NCBI RefSeq assembly: GCF_004010195.1
Contig: NC_057719.1
Location: 17,594,165 to 17,658,164 of the forward strand
DNA from: Chiloscyllium plagiosum
Taxonomy: Eukaryota
Reading direction: 5' to 3'
DNA length: 64,000 nucleotides
In this document: piece after piece, positions 25,683 to 38,152 of the stretch
Position numbering within the stretch: position 1 is the first letter of the stretch
Layout: the number at the start of each line of letters is the position of its first letter
Translations under genes and position numbers: made by a program
The notes under the pieces: model-generated
What the model saw: the letters and a program-made list of their open reading frames with translations, nothing else
The model's database searches: none
Told to the model about the DNA's origin: nothing

Positions 25683-26805
25683 GTTGCCTTGCAGACTCCT
25701 CAAGTCCTCTTCACAACTTGCTTTCTTATCTTTGTATCAAGCCTGAAAACAATACTTCCGATAAATATAGCCTTATAACAAAAGTGCACACATCCTAAAG
25801 CATTAAAAGCATTGAACCTAATATTGTTCCATTAAAGAGTCTATAACCACTTGTAGCTGTCAATCAAACTGTGAAAAGACAGTGATTATGGATGGATGGG
25901 AAATCAGCCATGCAGTACTAATCCAGAAATGGAAACCCTCAAGCCTAGATTAACTGTTGGAGAGAAATAACAAGTCATTTTTTTTAATGCTTGAAAATAT
26001 TTTCAGGGATTTAAAGGGTAGGATGTTTAAGTGTCTTGACAGTTCCCTTTGACAGGTGTTTCTGACACTTTTGACAGATCCTCTTAAAAACTGTTTTTAA
26101 CCAGTCCTTCTGACAAGTCCCTTTGATTATGCATCAAACAGATTTAACAGTTGTTATGCGTGTGCCTTAGGGCCCCATACAGTCAGTAAGGAAATTAGAG
26201 GGAACACTGTTGTTGACCATCTCAAGGAGCATGGCAGCAACTGGTTGATACATTCTTTTAGGGCTTCTCACTTTCCCTAAAGGTGTCACAGGAAAGGATC
26301 TAAACAGGCACCTTATTTCTCCAATGGATATCCAATGAAAAGCACAAAGTTCAGAGCTGCTCTTACCAGGTCATCGCTCTGTTCTGTGAATTTCACTTCC
26401 CAAGGCCAGGGGCCACTCATGTACAAATCAGATCTGGCTCCATTCCCATTCCCATTCCCTTGAAAATAAGGCCACATTCAGGAGTGGGTCATATATCTCC
26501 ATATTCATGGCATGGTACATGTCAGGACAAAATGTGGTAAATGGGACGCATAGAGTGGAACGGTTTGGTACTAAATTCATCCAGGGTTTATAAAGGACTA
26601 TGGAAGTGGTGGTGAGATATTGTTTGACACGGAGTGTATGAGGGGATTATGGAAGTGGATAGAGGGACACACCACCATGTTGTGGTGTCTTATGGGCTAT
26701 AGAGGGTGGGTGAGCCATAGTTTGTCACTGGAGAGGTCCACTGCAGATGAGTGGGGTGTCAGGTGACAAGGGTTATTATATGGGGAATGAGGAGTATGTG
26801 GGAGT

Positions 26806-27625
26806 GCACTTTGGAAAAAAGAATACAAGCATGGAGCACTTTGGAAAAAAGAATACAAGCATGGACTACTTTCTAAACGGTGAGAAAATTCATAAAGCCA
26901 AAGTACAAAGGGATCTGGGAGTGCTAGTCGAGGATTCTCTAAAGGTAAACATGCAGGTTGAATCCGTGATTAAGAAAGTGAATGCAATGTTGTCATTTAT
27001 CTCAAGAGGGTTGAAATATAAAAGCACCATTGTGCTACTGAGACTTTATAAAGCTATAGTTAGGCCCCATTTGGAGTACTGTGTCCAGTTTTGGTCCCCA
27101 CACCTCAGGAAGGACATACTGGCACTGGAACGTGTCCAAAGGAGATTCACACGGATGATCCCTGGAATGGTAGGTCTAACATACGAGGAACGGCTGAGGA
27201 TCCTGGGATTGTATTCATTGGAGTTTAGAAGATTAAGGTGAGATCTAATAGAAACTTACATGATAATGCATGGCTTGGAAAGGGTGGATGCAAGGAAATT
27301 GTTTCCGTTAGGCGAGGAGACTAGGACCCATGGACACAGCCTTCGAATTAGAGGGGATAAATTCAGAACAGAAATGCGGAGACATTTCTTCAGCCAGAGA
27401 GTGGTGGGCCTGTGGAATTCATTGACGCGGAGTGCAGTGGAGTCCGGGACGCTAAATGTCTTCAAGGCAGAGATTGATAAATTCTTGATGTCACAAGGAA
27501 TTAAGGGCTATGGGGAGAATGTGGGTAAGTGGAGTTGAAATGCCCATCGGCCATGATTGAATGGCGGAGTGGACTCGATGGGCCGAATGGCCTTACTTCC
27601 ACTCCTATGTCTTATGGTCTTATGG
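26806..27625 (+). mobile_element. Young CR1 LINE 3' fragment
   Basis: QRDLGVLV...LLRLYKAIVRPHLEYCVQFWSPHLRKDILALERVQRRFTRMIPG; (TCTTATG)n-like tail; 30-nt tandem duplication at 5' end. Confidence 0.95.
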
Positions 27626-28556
27626 AATAGGAGGTCAGGGGTGAGAGGGAGATGTTTAACCTCTTTATTCTTTACTTTTAATTTTGGACTAAATGTTTTG
27701 TCCCAACTCATCACATGACAGCCTCCTCAGTCCTTACAGAGTTGCCTGCCCTGATTTATAACCCAGCCCACCTCCTCCCACATGTACTCCCCAAGCCAAG
27801 ACTCTGTTGTCAGGGCAACCATTTACAAAGGGTATGATCACAGAGCCAGGAATTTTCACATCTTTCTACGTCTAACTTAGATTGAAAATTAGGTTGAAGT
27901 GTTTCTGTTTCCGATTGTTGTGTACCTTTTGCCATGCACCAATATCATAATTGATGAAATCATGATGCCTTTTACAACTTCCTTTGGGCATGATCTCCAT
28001 CTTCCACAACTCTGGAGATTTCTCAGGAGTACAGAAATCATTTGAGGAATTAATATAGTCATCTGTAAAGGACTATTTCCTCACAACATCCCAACTTTAT
28101 TGACCAAACTTCTGTTGTCTTCAACTGCTTAGCATTCATAGCAGACAAGCTAAAAGTTATTTGGTTAAACTGTGAATCACAATGGACAGCATTAATGAAG
28201 GCAGATTAAAGCACATCAAATTGTCTTAGACTTGCTTCTGATGGATATAAAACCAAAGCAGATAACTGACATAAATGAATTGCACTCTTTCACAATCTAG
28301 GCTTGAGGCAGTGCTGGAAGAAAGTAAAGTTCTGAAAGTTACTTACTTGCCAAGATTTTATTCTTAAATGTACTGGACTGTTCGTTCCTCAAGATGTGTC
28401 ATCTGAACTTCAACTTAGGGCATTGAATCCTGAAAAAAAACTTATTGCAACCTTCTTATAGAAGTATCAGAATTGGAACTAACTATTCCTGAGGGGAATT
28501 TTCCTGTTTTGAGTTGTGAGGAATTACAGGTAAGGTCACGCACATTGCAGTGTTGA

Positions 28557-28685
28557 GGAGAAAGTGAGGACTGCAGATGCTGGAGGTCAAAGTTGAGAGT
28601 GTGGTGCTGGAAAAGCACAGCTGGTCAGACAGCATCGAAGGAGCAGGAGAATCAATGTTTTGGGCATAAGCCTGATGAAGGCCTG
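28557..28685 (-). mobile_element. PLE family-A terminal repeat with tail
   Basis: GGAGAAAGTGAGGACTGCAGATGCTGGAG tail plus GCTGGAAAAGCACAGC repeat, ending in an inverted hammerhead piece CCTGATGAAGG. Confidence 0.8.
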
Positions 28686-29685
28686 TTGATACTGTTGAAC
28701 CACAAAGAGAACTGCAAAGAAATTTCACAAATCTTCATAATTCATGCCTCACTTTTCTTAAACAAAAAGGTGTCAGATTCTAAATTGTGCAGCTCTGATA
28801 AAAGGTCATAACTTTGAAATATGAATTCTCTTATCCTCTTCAAGGTGCTGTCTCACCCGCTGAGTACTTTTCGTTTTATTTCAGATTTCCAGCCTCCACC
28901 ATAACGTTATGAGTTATCAGACATTCGTATGCAGCAAAGAGTCTGTCCTCTGTCTTAGACCAGCATAAAATTGGCAATACTTCACAATGGTGAGTAGGGA
29001 CTATCCGGAAGCAAATCTATCCAGTCTGCGACTTCATTGGATAGCCCACATGTAATCAGCATTAGAAACTAGCGGCAAAGGTTATACAGTGCTCACCAGA
29101 ACTGCTCCATGTGAGAGAATGTTACAGTTCCTAAGGGAAAAAGTATATACATTGTCTCTGACAGTATGTTTTGAATTAGTTACATGTCTAAGACCAGAGT
29201 TCCAGGTCATGAACTTGTTATTCAGAAAAACATCATCATTTTTGGATTTATCCACTTATGTGCATGTAATTGCCACAGAATAGAGTAATTTTGCACCTTG
29301 TGGATTCATTCAGTTACCTCCCAAGTCATTCTGCCAGGTAAGGGGGTAATTCCCCTTATTGTGTCATCATTGCATTTGAACCTGAGGCACCCGAAGTGAA
29401 AGTTCAAGAACCCAGCATTCCAATGCAGAAACGCAAAATTAAAGTCAGTTCTTCCAGAGAACTTGGTGGACTTAGCTTCCATCTCTTATTTTATGTCAGA
29501 TAGGGCTCTGCAATAAATCTGCCCTGTGATTTATGCTAACGCCATTACAAAGTCCAAAATCAATGTTTTGTTGAATTATGGCCTGATCAGAGACATACTT
29601 TATTTTATATCTTCCTCAATGCTTAAGCAATCTAGGCTCAGTTTATTCAAGCAACTAAAAGTCAGAACCATAGCTACAACATATA

Positions 29686-29898
29686 CAGGCCGACCACCGT
29701 ATCCGTGGAAATGTTTTCCGGAGTTTCAGTTACCCCCGGTTTACCGCAGCCCGAACGTATTATAGGGAACATTCCAGGACCAGGGGCTGCCGGGAAGGTA
29801 AATTTCCCATTTAACTGAATGGGTTCGCTCCTGTCCACCATTTCGGTTTCTGCAGTAAGTCTTGGCACATATCCCTTGTGGATATGGGAGTGTTACTG
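29686..29898. mobile_element. Tc1/mariner Tigger/pogo-like MITE
   Basis: TA|CAG..CCGTATCCGTGG ... GTGGATATGGGAGTGTTACTG|TA: imperfect terminal inverted repeats with TA target duplication. Confidence 0.65.
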
Positions 29899-30012
29899 TA
29901 GTCATCAAAAATCACCTGAGACTTCATTTGCATTATTTCATATGCTGTAGGGCTGGGTGAGGTGGAGAAGGCACAAGACTCTATTCAATTTCACAGCAGC
30001 TTGATGACTTGG

Positions 30013-30295
30013 AGTCATAGAGTCATAGAGATGTACAGCATGGAAACAGACCCTTCGGTCCAACCCGTCCATGCCGACCAGATATCCCAACCCAATCTAG
30101 TCCCACCTGCCAGCACCCGGCCCATATCCCTCCAAACCCTTCCCATACATATACCCATCCAGATGCCTCTTAAATGTTGCAATTGTACCAGCCTCCACCA
30201 CTTCCTCTGGCAGCTCATTCCATACACGTACGGAAAAAGTTGCCCCTTAGGTCTCTTTTATATCTTTCCCCTCTCACCCTAAACCTATGCCCTCT
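30013..30295 (-). mobile_element. CR1 (HER1-like) 3' end
   Basis: Near-identical to 48100-48375; (GTCATAGA)n tail. Confidence 0.92.
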
Positions 30296-30471
30296 AAGTT
30301 AAAAATCACACAACATCAGGTTATAGTCCAACAGGTTTAATTGGAAGCACTAGCTTTCGGAGCGGCGCTCCAAAAGCTAGTGCTTCCAATTAAACCTGTT
30401 GGACTATAACCTGGTGTTGTGTGATTTTTAACTTTTGTACATCCCAGCCCAACACCGGCATCTCCAAATCA
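30296..30471. mobile_element. Palindromic PLE family-B mini-element
   Basis: 68-bp inverted arms (30296-30363 and 30367-30434, 2 mismatches) with a 3-nt loop, followed by a ~36-nt tail. Confidence 0.9.
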
Positions 30472-30901
30472 TGTGATACCAAAAATATTACGCATTGGCA
30501 ATTTTGCAGGAATCCAGTGGGTGCTCAGTACATGTGCTGTACAAGCTGATGATAACACATCTGAAGCGAATAGCGTTTATCAAATGCCATTTCAGAAACT
30601 GTTGCTGTATGTGAGCATCTCACTCTATCACTGTGGTTGGCATTCTGATCTCATTTTGGAAATTTCCCCAAAATAAATGCATCTATTGTTATCTTCAAAC
30701 ATGATCCCTTTGCCGATAGCTGCATGCTATGGGAAGCTCTGTTGTTGAAAAATTCACCTGACAACTTTCCATTTAAATGGCCTTCTTTTCTTCATTGCGC
30801 ATTCTGTACATCACCGTTTACTGTCAACATGTGGCTTATGGTTTTGCAGTTCAACATCAGTCAAACACTTTGCTGAAATTTGGATCAACCATTTCAGCAT
30901 T

Positions 30902-31190
30902 GGGCAGCATGTGCCTCAGTGGTTAGCACTGCTGCCTCACAGATCCAGGTTCGATTCCACCGTCAGGTAACTGTATGTGAAGAGTTTGCATGTTCTCCCC
31001 GTGTCTGCATGGGTTTCCACTGGGTGCTCCGGTTTCCTCCCACAGTCCAAAGATTTGCAGGTTAGGTGTATTGGCTGGGGGAATTACAGGGATACGAGGT
31101 GGGGGGGTCTGGGTAGGATTCTTTTCGGGGTGTTGGTGTGGACTTGGTGGGTTCAATGACCTGTTTCCATATTGTAGGGAATCTATACCT
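30902..31190 (+). mobile_element. HE1-like V-SINE
   Basis: tRNA head, V-domain, CR1-type tail. Confidence 0.9.
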
Positions 31191-31329
31191 ATGAACGTTT
31201 ATAAAGGTGTCGAGCATGTTTGTACCCTATTTTCCATCTCTCCAGATCTACCAGCTTGTAAGCCTTGTATTCCATTCAACAAAAAATGATAAAGGTGTGA
31301 TCTAACTAAATGTTTCAGATAACTGGAAG

Positions 31330-31630
31330 GTTTAATAGGATAGGCAGAGAAAAATGATTTCTTCTAATTGGGTGAGTCCAGAACAAGCAACCTTAGGCCG
31401 AGCCCAATAAGGTGCAATGTCAGAAAGCACTTCTTCAGACAAAGGGCAATAACAATCTGGAATTCTATCCCCAAAAAGCTGCTGTGGATAAGGGTTAATT
31501 GATGATTTCAAAATTGAGACAGGCAGATTTTTATTTTGTTTAGCAAGGGCACTCACGGCTACAGAACCAATGCCAATGGATTGATCATGTAGGTTATTCA
31601 TGAACTCATTGCCTAGTAGAATAGGCTCAA
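31330..31630 (+). mobile_element. Old CR1 3' fragment
   Basis: GGTGAGTCCAGAAC..CACTTCTTCAGACAAAGGG..TGGAATTCT..ATAGGCTC pattern. Confidence 0.6.
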
Positions 31631-33250
31631 TAGGACTTCATACTGCTCCTATAGAAACCAAAGGACACAAAATCCAAGAGACGTGTAGGGCAGGCTGATG
31701 ATTTGCTACCATCCAATTCACACGACCACACAAAGTCAATGTCTACTCCAGCATACTTTTAAAAATTAAACCAACTCCGAAAGGCTGGTACAACTTTATT
31801 TTCTGCTGCGAGACATTTGATTACCATTGGTGAAAAATGATCACCACAACCTAAGCTGTTTATTCTTTTCACTGGCCACATGGCCAAGTGTGGAATTGGA
31901 CCATGCCCCAGCTCCCCAGTGGCTACCAAGTCAGCTGATCTGAACCCTGACATCACATCAATGACTCCTATGTGCTTTGAGATGTCTGGTGATCAGAAAA
32001 AGTGCAAGTTTTAATTTCACATTTTTTTTGTGTGCAGGGAGCTCAGACTTGATAGGGCCACAGTGCATATAGGCTGAAGGGCTTTTTGTCATAAAAGATG
32101 TGTGTGAGCATGTGTACCTATGGGTGTGAAAGTGAGCAAGTTTGTGTGGGCACGTTTATATGGGAGTCTGTGTAGGTAGGATTGTCCTGGGGTGGGGGTG
32201 GCGGGAGTGGTGCATGTTACTTTGTGCCTCAACTCCAGCCAGGGCAACTCATATTGTGCCTCCTACACCCCCAGCAGACTTGCTTGTAGCCATCACTCAC
32301 CATCCCACTATCCATCCATTCACAAGTTACTAGTCTCCTATACTACTGATAAGCCCACTCTGAACCAGGAATTATAGTCGATAAGCAGCCTCTGATTGGA
32401 TAAAATAGCTCCTTGCGGACTCTGAAGTTCTATTTAGCAGGGTGACTTCTTCCTGATTGTCTGCCCTCACAAGGGGCTTTTCTGGGACAATTATGATATT
32501 TTCCAGGGCAAAATTATTTCCCTCACCCCCTATCCTTTATATTTTGAGCATCAGAGCCTATAATCTCAGACTAAGCGGGGCATATCCCAGAGCTCGGGTC
32601 CCTGGGCTACCACCCCAATTTGCACAAGCCGAGAGATGGCTCTGTGTGACAACATTAGTTCAGGATTGGATTACAGCCTCCCTCTTCGAACATGCTTTTG
32701 ATATTTAAGCATATACATGAATGACATTTTGGTCATTACCCAAAATATACATCCCTTCTCCTGAACCCCTCCCCTGCATGAGTCATCACCATCAAGAAAA
32801 GTAAGATATATAAATATTTCACAAAACATTTAATTTATTTCCATTAATTTGAAGAGGATACAAATGTAGGTGGTGCCAAAATTTATGCTGTATAGCATTA
32901 GAATTACAAGGCATTCATGGGCGATACTTCACTTTGTTACTTTCCTCGTCAAGACCACGAACTTTTCAAAAGAATTTCAAACTTGACTTGTAATTGAATG
33001 TTGAAAGAATGAATCGAAAAGTGCGCTGCTGGAAAAGCACAACTGGTCAGGCAGCTTCCAAGGAGCAGGATAGTTGACGTTTCGGTCATGAGCTCTTCAT
33101 CACAAGATTTCCCATTTTAAAGCTTTTTTACTGTAACAGGAGATTAGAAGCTGTTGACTAACCAATGTTTTGGACAGCAACTTATACTTAGAATGATACA
33201 ACTTCTCCCTTTCACTTTCAAAACAATTAGTAAGCCCATTCCATATGTAG

Positions 33251-34248
33251 CTGAAAATGTGTTGCTGGAAAAGCGCAGCAGGTCAGGCAGCATCCAGGGA
33301 ACAGGAGANNNNNNNNNNNNNNNNNNNNNNNNNNNNNNNNNNNNNNNNNNNNNNNNNNNNNNNNNNNNNNNNNNNNNNNNNNNNNNNNNNNNNNNNNNNN
33401 NNNNNNNNNNNNNNNNNNNNNNNNNNNNNNNNNNNNNNNNNNNNNNNNNNNNNNNNNNNNNNNNNNNNNNNNNNNNNNNNNNNNNNNNNNNNNNNNNNNN
33501 NNNNNNNNNNNNNNNNNNNNNNNNNNNNNNNNNNNNNNNNNNNNNNNNNNNNNNNNNNNNNNNNNNNNNNNNNNNNNNNNNNNNNNNNNNNNNNNNNNNN
33601 NNNNNNNNNNNNNNNNNNNNNNNNNNNNNNNNNNNNNNNNNNNNNNNNNNNNNNNNNNNNNNNNNNNNNNNNNNNNNNNNNNNNNNNNNNNNNNNNNNNN
33701 NNNNNNNNNNNNNNNNNNNNNNNNNNNNNNNNNNNNNNNNNNNNNNNNNNNNNNNNNNNNNNNNNNNNNNNNNNNNNNNNNNNNNNNNNNNNNNNNNNNN
33801 NNNNNNNNNNNNNNNNNNNNNNNNNNNNNNNNNNNNNNNNNNNNNNNNNNTGGCGGCGGATGATGCGCTGTACATGGAGATTGGTGGGGTGGTAGGTGAG
33901 GACCAGTGGGGTTCTGTCCTGGTGGCGGTTGGAGGGGCGGGGCTCAAGGGCGGAGGAGCGGGAAGTGGAGGAGATGCGGTGGAGGGCACTGTCGACCACG
34001 TCGGGGGGGAAATTGCGGTCCTTGAAGAAGGAGGCCATCTGGGTTGTGCGTTTTTGGAACTGGTCCTCCTGGGAGCAGATGTGGCGGGGTCGAAGGAATT
34101 GGGAGAATGGGATGGCGTTTTTACAGGGGGCAGGATGGGAGGAGGTGTAGTCCAGGTAGCTGTGGGAGTCGGTCGGTTTGTAGTAGATGTCCGTGTTGAT
34201 TCGGTCGCCTGAGATAGAATCCGTGTTGATTCGGTCGCCTGAGATAGA
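33251..34248 (-). mobile_element. Penelope-like retroelement (family A), 5'-truncated, young
   Basis: INTDIYYKPTDSHSYLDYTSSHPAPCKNAIPFSQFLR..ICS (PLE RT C-terminal region); perfect 13-bp TSD ATTCCATATGTAG at 33238-33250 and 34249-34261. Confidence 0.93.
33309..33850. other. Assembly gap (N run)
   Basis: Run of n. Confidence 1.
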
Positions 34249-34915
34249 ATTCCATATGTAGACCATGCTCTGTTCCTTAAATATTTATTTAATTTTCCCA
34301 AACCCAACTTCTAGTAATTCTTAGCTCCTCAAGGTTCATTTCCTTTACTTTCCCAATTTGGTGAACTTTAGCTGCAGAATTTTATTATGCTCTGAACTGC
34401 CCATTTTATCTCCAAGTGGAAAAGGAAGGTCCATGCAATTCATGGAGATGGCTTTGAAGGGAGTTACTTGAGAATCTCAACAGACATGGACAATCTGCCA
34501 AGAGGTATGAAGCAACTAGATTTCAAAACTCTGCATGGTTCACCAAGAAGGATTAAAATAAACCTGGGAGATTTTTCTAGCTTGTAGTAGAAAATAAAAA
34601 CTCCAGGATAGTCCTTCATCACGATATCATTGTCCTCTCTGAGGCCAACACCCTCAGAGGCAAGGCGCTGGTTACAGTCAACATCTACATTGGGTAGGCT
34701 ACATTTTCCTCATTCTTGACAAAATTCTTCCAAAATAGCTCTCTACTCCAAGCTTCACCAAAATAAAAGGTTTACCAGGAGGGCAGCAGAAACATTTCAA
34801 GGAATCCTCTGAACTTCTCTTGAAAAATGTCCTTTCCCCATCAACTTAGAGTTCACTTGTCCAAAACTGCACATACCAGAGAAGTACCTGAACTCTGAAC
34901 AGTTCCTTCAGGTTG

Positions 34916-35218
34916 GGGTGGCACGGTGGCTCAGTGGTTAGCACTGCAACCTCACAGTGCCAGGCGACTGTCTGTTTGGAGTTTGCATTCTCCTCGTGCC
35001 TGCGTGGGTTTTCTCCGGGTATTCCAGTTTCCTCCCACAGTCCAAAGATTTGCAGGTCAGGTAAATTGGACATGCTAAATGACCCATAGTGTTAGGTGCA
35101 TTACACTAACACTGTAGTCAGAGGGAGATGGGTCTGGGTGCATTACTCTTCGGAGGGTCGGTGTGGACTGATTGGGCCAAAGGGCCTGTTTCTACACTGT
35201 AGGGAATCTAATCTAATC
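34916..35218 (+). mobile_element. HE1-like V-SINE
   Basis: GGCACGGTGGCTCAGTGGTTAGCACTGC head, V-domain, (ATCTA)n tail. Confidence 0.92.
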
Positions 35219-35229
35219 AAAATTTAATA

Positions 35230-35610
35230 ACCGAGCACTTGAAATACAGAAGCAGGATTGGATGGAGTTAATATGGATTTACAAAAGAGAAATCGCGCTT
35301 GACATATCAACTGGAATTCTTTGAGTGTGTGACTCAGAGTTAATGAGGGAGCTCCAGCAGATGTGGTTTATTTGGATATATCAACAGAAGAGATTGGCAT
35401 CAAAATATACATGATTGGTGTATTGAGATGGAGAGAAAACTGAAGGGCAGACAGGGAAAAACAAGTAGGAATATAGGGGTCTTCCTTTGACTGATAGCAG
35501 TGACTATGGGATACTGCAAGGATTAATGCTAGGATCCTAACTCTCCATAACGTATATGTAATGAGTGAACTAAATTTTAGTATCTCCAATTTGCAGATGA
35601 CACAGGTGAA
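35230..35610 (+). mobile_element. Old CR1 RT fragment
   Basis: Degenerate GFTKEKSRLTYQLEFFECVT..VVYLDI and ISNLQMT (SKFADDT-like) motifs. Confidence 0.65.
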
Positions 35611-36052
35611 GGATTTTAACAACAAAGCAAACTTTGTCATATAAAACAGGGGAAGGTACAACAACCCTAACATATTTTTGATGATTGAACATTGTCATCT
35701 TAACATATTCCTAAATAATCCTTTTGTTAACTACAGTACCCATTCATTTTGGCTTTTCCAAAGGCTTTTACTCCTAACTTATCCAGTATTCTATGTCAGA
35801 GGCACATTCATCCCAATGGGGTGTTAACTCAAAGCTCTGTCAGTTGAGCAGAACTATTCCATGCCATTATTTCAAAGAAGACAAGGGGAAGTTTTCCAGG
35901 ATTTTTTTTTTTACAGTCGCCTTTCCTTATAACAAATTATCATTGAAGCAACTTTTAAATGCAGGTGACCTCTTAATTTTATCAAACTGCTGTTCTGGGC
36001 ACTTCACTGTCTCCAAAACGGTGGTCATGTAATACACACTAACAACAGTGAT

Positions 36053-36218
36053 TTAAGTTAAAAATCACACAACACCAGGTTATAGTCCCAACAGGTTTAT
36101 TTGGAAGCATTAGCTTTCGGAGTGCTGCTCCTTCATCAGGTGGTTGTGGACATATAACCTGGTGTTGTGTGAGTTTTAACTTTGTCCACCCCAGTCCAAC
36201 ACAGGCACCTCCAAATCA
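36053..36218. mobile_element. PLE family-B mini-element with partial inversion, inserted in an old Deu-type SINE
   Basis: TSD TAACAA(C/G)AGTGAT at 36040-36052 and 36219-36231; minus-strand hammerhead core CTGATGA..GAAA-GCTA at 36108-36142. Confidence 0.85.
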
Positions 36219-36880
36219 TAACAAGAGTGATAGCACTTCAGAAGTACTTAATCTTCTCTCTAACTTGACACTTGTCAAATAATAAAAAAATGATTTTTTT
36301 ACAACTGCACTCTTTCAGCAATAAGGCACATCCTCCAACACCAGATTGAGGGGTGGATCACCAGGGTTATCCCACAACCTTTCATTCATTAAAATAAATT
36401 GTAACTTGAAAATTGTCAGCATGCAACCTTTGCAAGTGGGTGTAGTTCTCAGTGGGAACCATTGATCCTAATCTGACACCACTGGGACCTGTTTATTGTG
36501 TCTATGACACTCAGTCAGCTCACAGGTTAACATTCTACATATGTTATTGACTCAATCCCTTTTCTGCTCTGAATCAACCTGATTATATCTCCAGCCTCTG
36601 CCAGCTTTCATATAGTCCACATACACCTATACAAAAGGAATCTACCATTCTATTCCATGAGGTCCTTTTCAAATTCTACCTAAACCTCCTTTGATGACAA
36701 CATGCTTCAGTTCTTCACAGTATCTTAACATCACCCTTCACCTAGTCATTGGGTATTTTACTGACATTTCATGAACATTTCCAATCATTCTGCAGCCTAT
36801 TCCAGACTCTCATTACTTTCTTCAGTCCGATCCATGGCATTTTGAAGCACCATGGTCCAATATCTTTCACATATTTCAGG

Positions 36881-37225
36881 GGGAGGCGATGGCTATTTCT
36901 ATTATCACTGAACTGCTAATCCTGAGATGCAGATAATGTTCCTGGGACCCAAGTTTGAATCCTAACATGGCAGATGGTGGAATTTGAATTCAATAAAATA
37001 AATCTGGAATTAAGTGGCTCGTGATGACCATAAATCAATTTTTCAATTGTCATAAACACCCATCTGGTTCACTAATGTCCTTTTAATGGAAGGAAACTGC
37101 CATCTTTACCTTGTCTGGCCTACAAGTGAGGCCAGACCCACAGCAATGTGGTTGACTCTTTCTTGCCCACTGGAAATTAGGAACAGGCAATAAATACTGC
37201 CACCGCCCTCATCCTGTGAACGAGT
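36881..37225 (+). mobile_element. tRNA-derived SINE, near full length
   Basis: GGGAGGCGATGGC head, GTTTGAATCC B-box-like, shared body and tail. Confidence 0.75.
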
Positions 37226-37787
37226 TTAAAAAAAATTCACATTTCATTCTGCAGTCTATTTTCAACTTGCTGCCCAACTACAGCTCAGTTCAAAGGTTTA
37301 GAAATTGTTGAATTCATTGGCAAAGAGACATCACTAAATGCCTGAAGCCTTGTGTTCCATGTGCCATGTGAAGGAAAATTGGATCATTGTCCAAAACAAG
37401 ATGCATCTTCTGAACTTTGGGGCCATTCAGCCCCTCAAGTCTTCTCCCCTTCTGGATCATGACTGTTCTGTACCTCAACTCCATTTACATGCCTCCTAGA
37501 TGTCTATCAATTTCCATTATAAATTTATCAGTTAATTTCTGGTCTCAACAATACTTAGGAGCAATGGAACTTGAGATTTCCATGACTTTATGTGAAGAAA
37601 TATTTCCTGAGCCCATCACTGGATTTTCTCCGTACTTTGTAAATGCATCCAGAGATAATCTGAAGGCACAGCAATTAAAGGCGCATCTTCGATGTTCATT
37701 TTTGAAGTTGGATGAAGTGATGTATAATCCTGGACACTGGACACAGATAAAACCCTGGCTGCAAGAATTCAAATCTATGCCACATTA

Positions 37788-38152
37788 TAGAGTCATAATC
37801 CTGTACAGCATGAAAACAATCTTTGGTCCTACTCATCCATGCCAGCCAGATATCCTAACCTAATCTAGTCACATTTGCCAGCATTTGGCCCATATCCCTC
37901 TAAACCCTTCCTGTTCATATACCCATCCAGGTGCATTTTAAATGAAATTGTACCAGCCTCCACCACTTCCTCTGGCAGCTCATTCCATACACGTACCACC
38001 CCCAGCATGAGAATGTTGCACCTCAGGTCCCTTATTAAATCTTTCCTCTCTACCTTAAACCAATGCCCTCTAGACTTGGACTCCCCCACCCCAGTGAAAA
38101 GATCTTGTCTATTCACCTTATCCATGCCCCTCATGATTTTATAAACCTCTGT
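37788..38152 (-). mobile_element. CR1 (HER1-like) 3' fragment
   Basis: EVYKIMRGMDKVNRQDLFTGVGESKSRGH..VVRVWNELPEEVVEAGT. Confidence 0.92.

Noticed and set aside
26747..27538. 164-aa and 92-aa ORFs as a host gene
   Set aside because: They are the CR1 ORF2 C-terminus, 5'-truncated with an in-frame stop.
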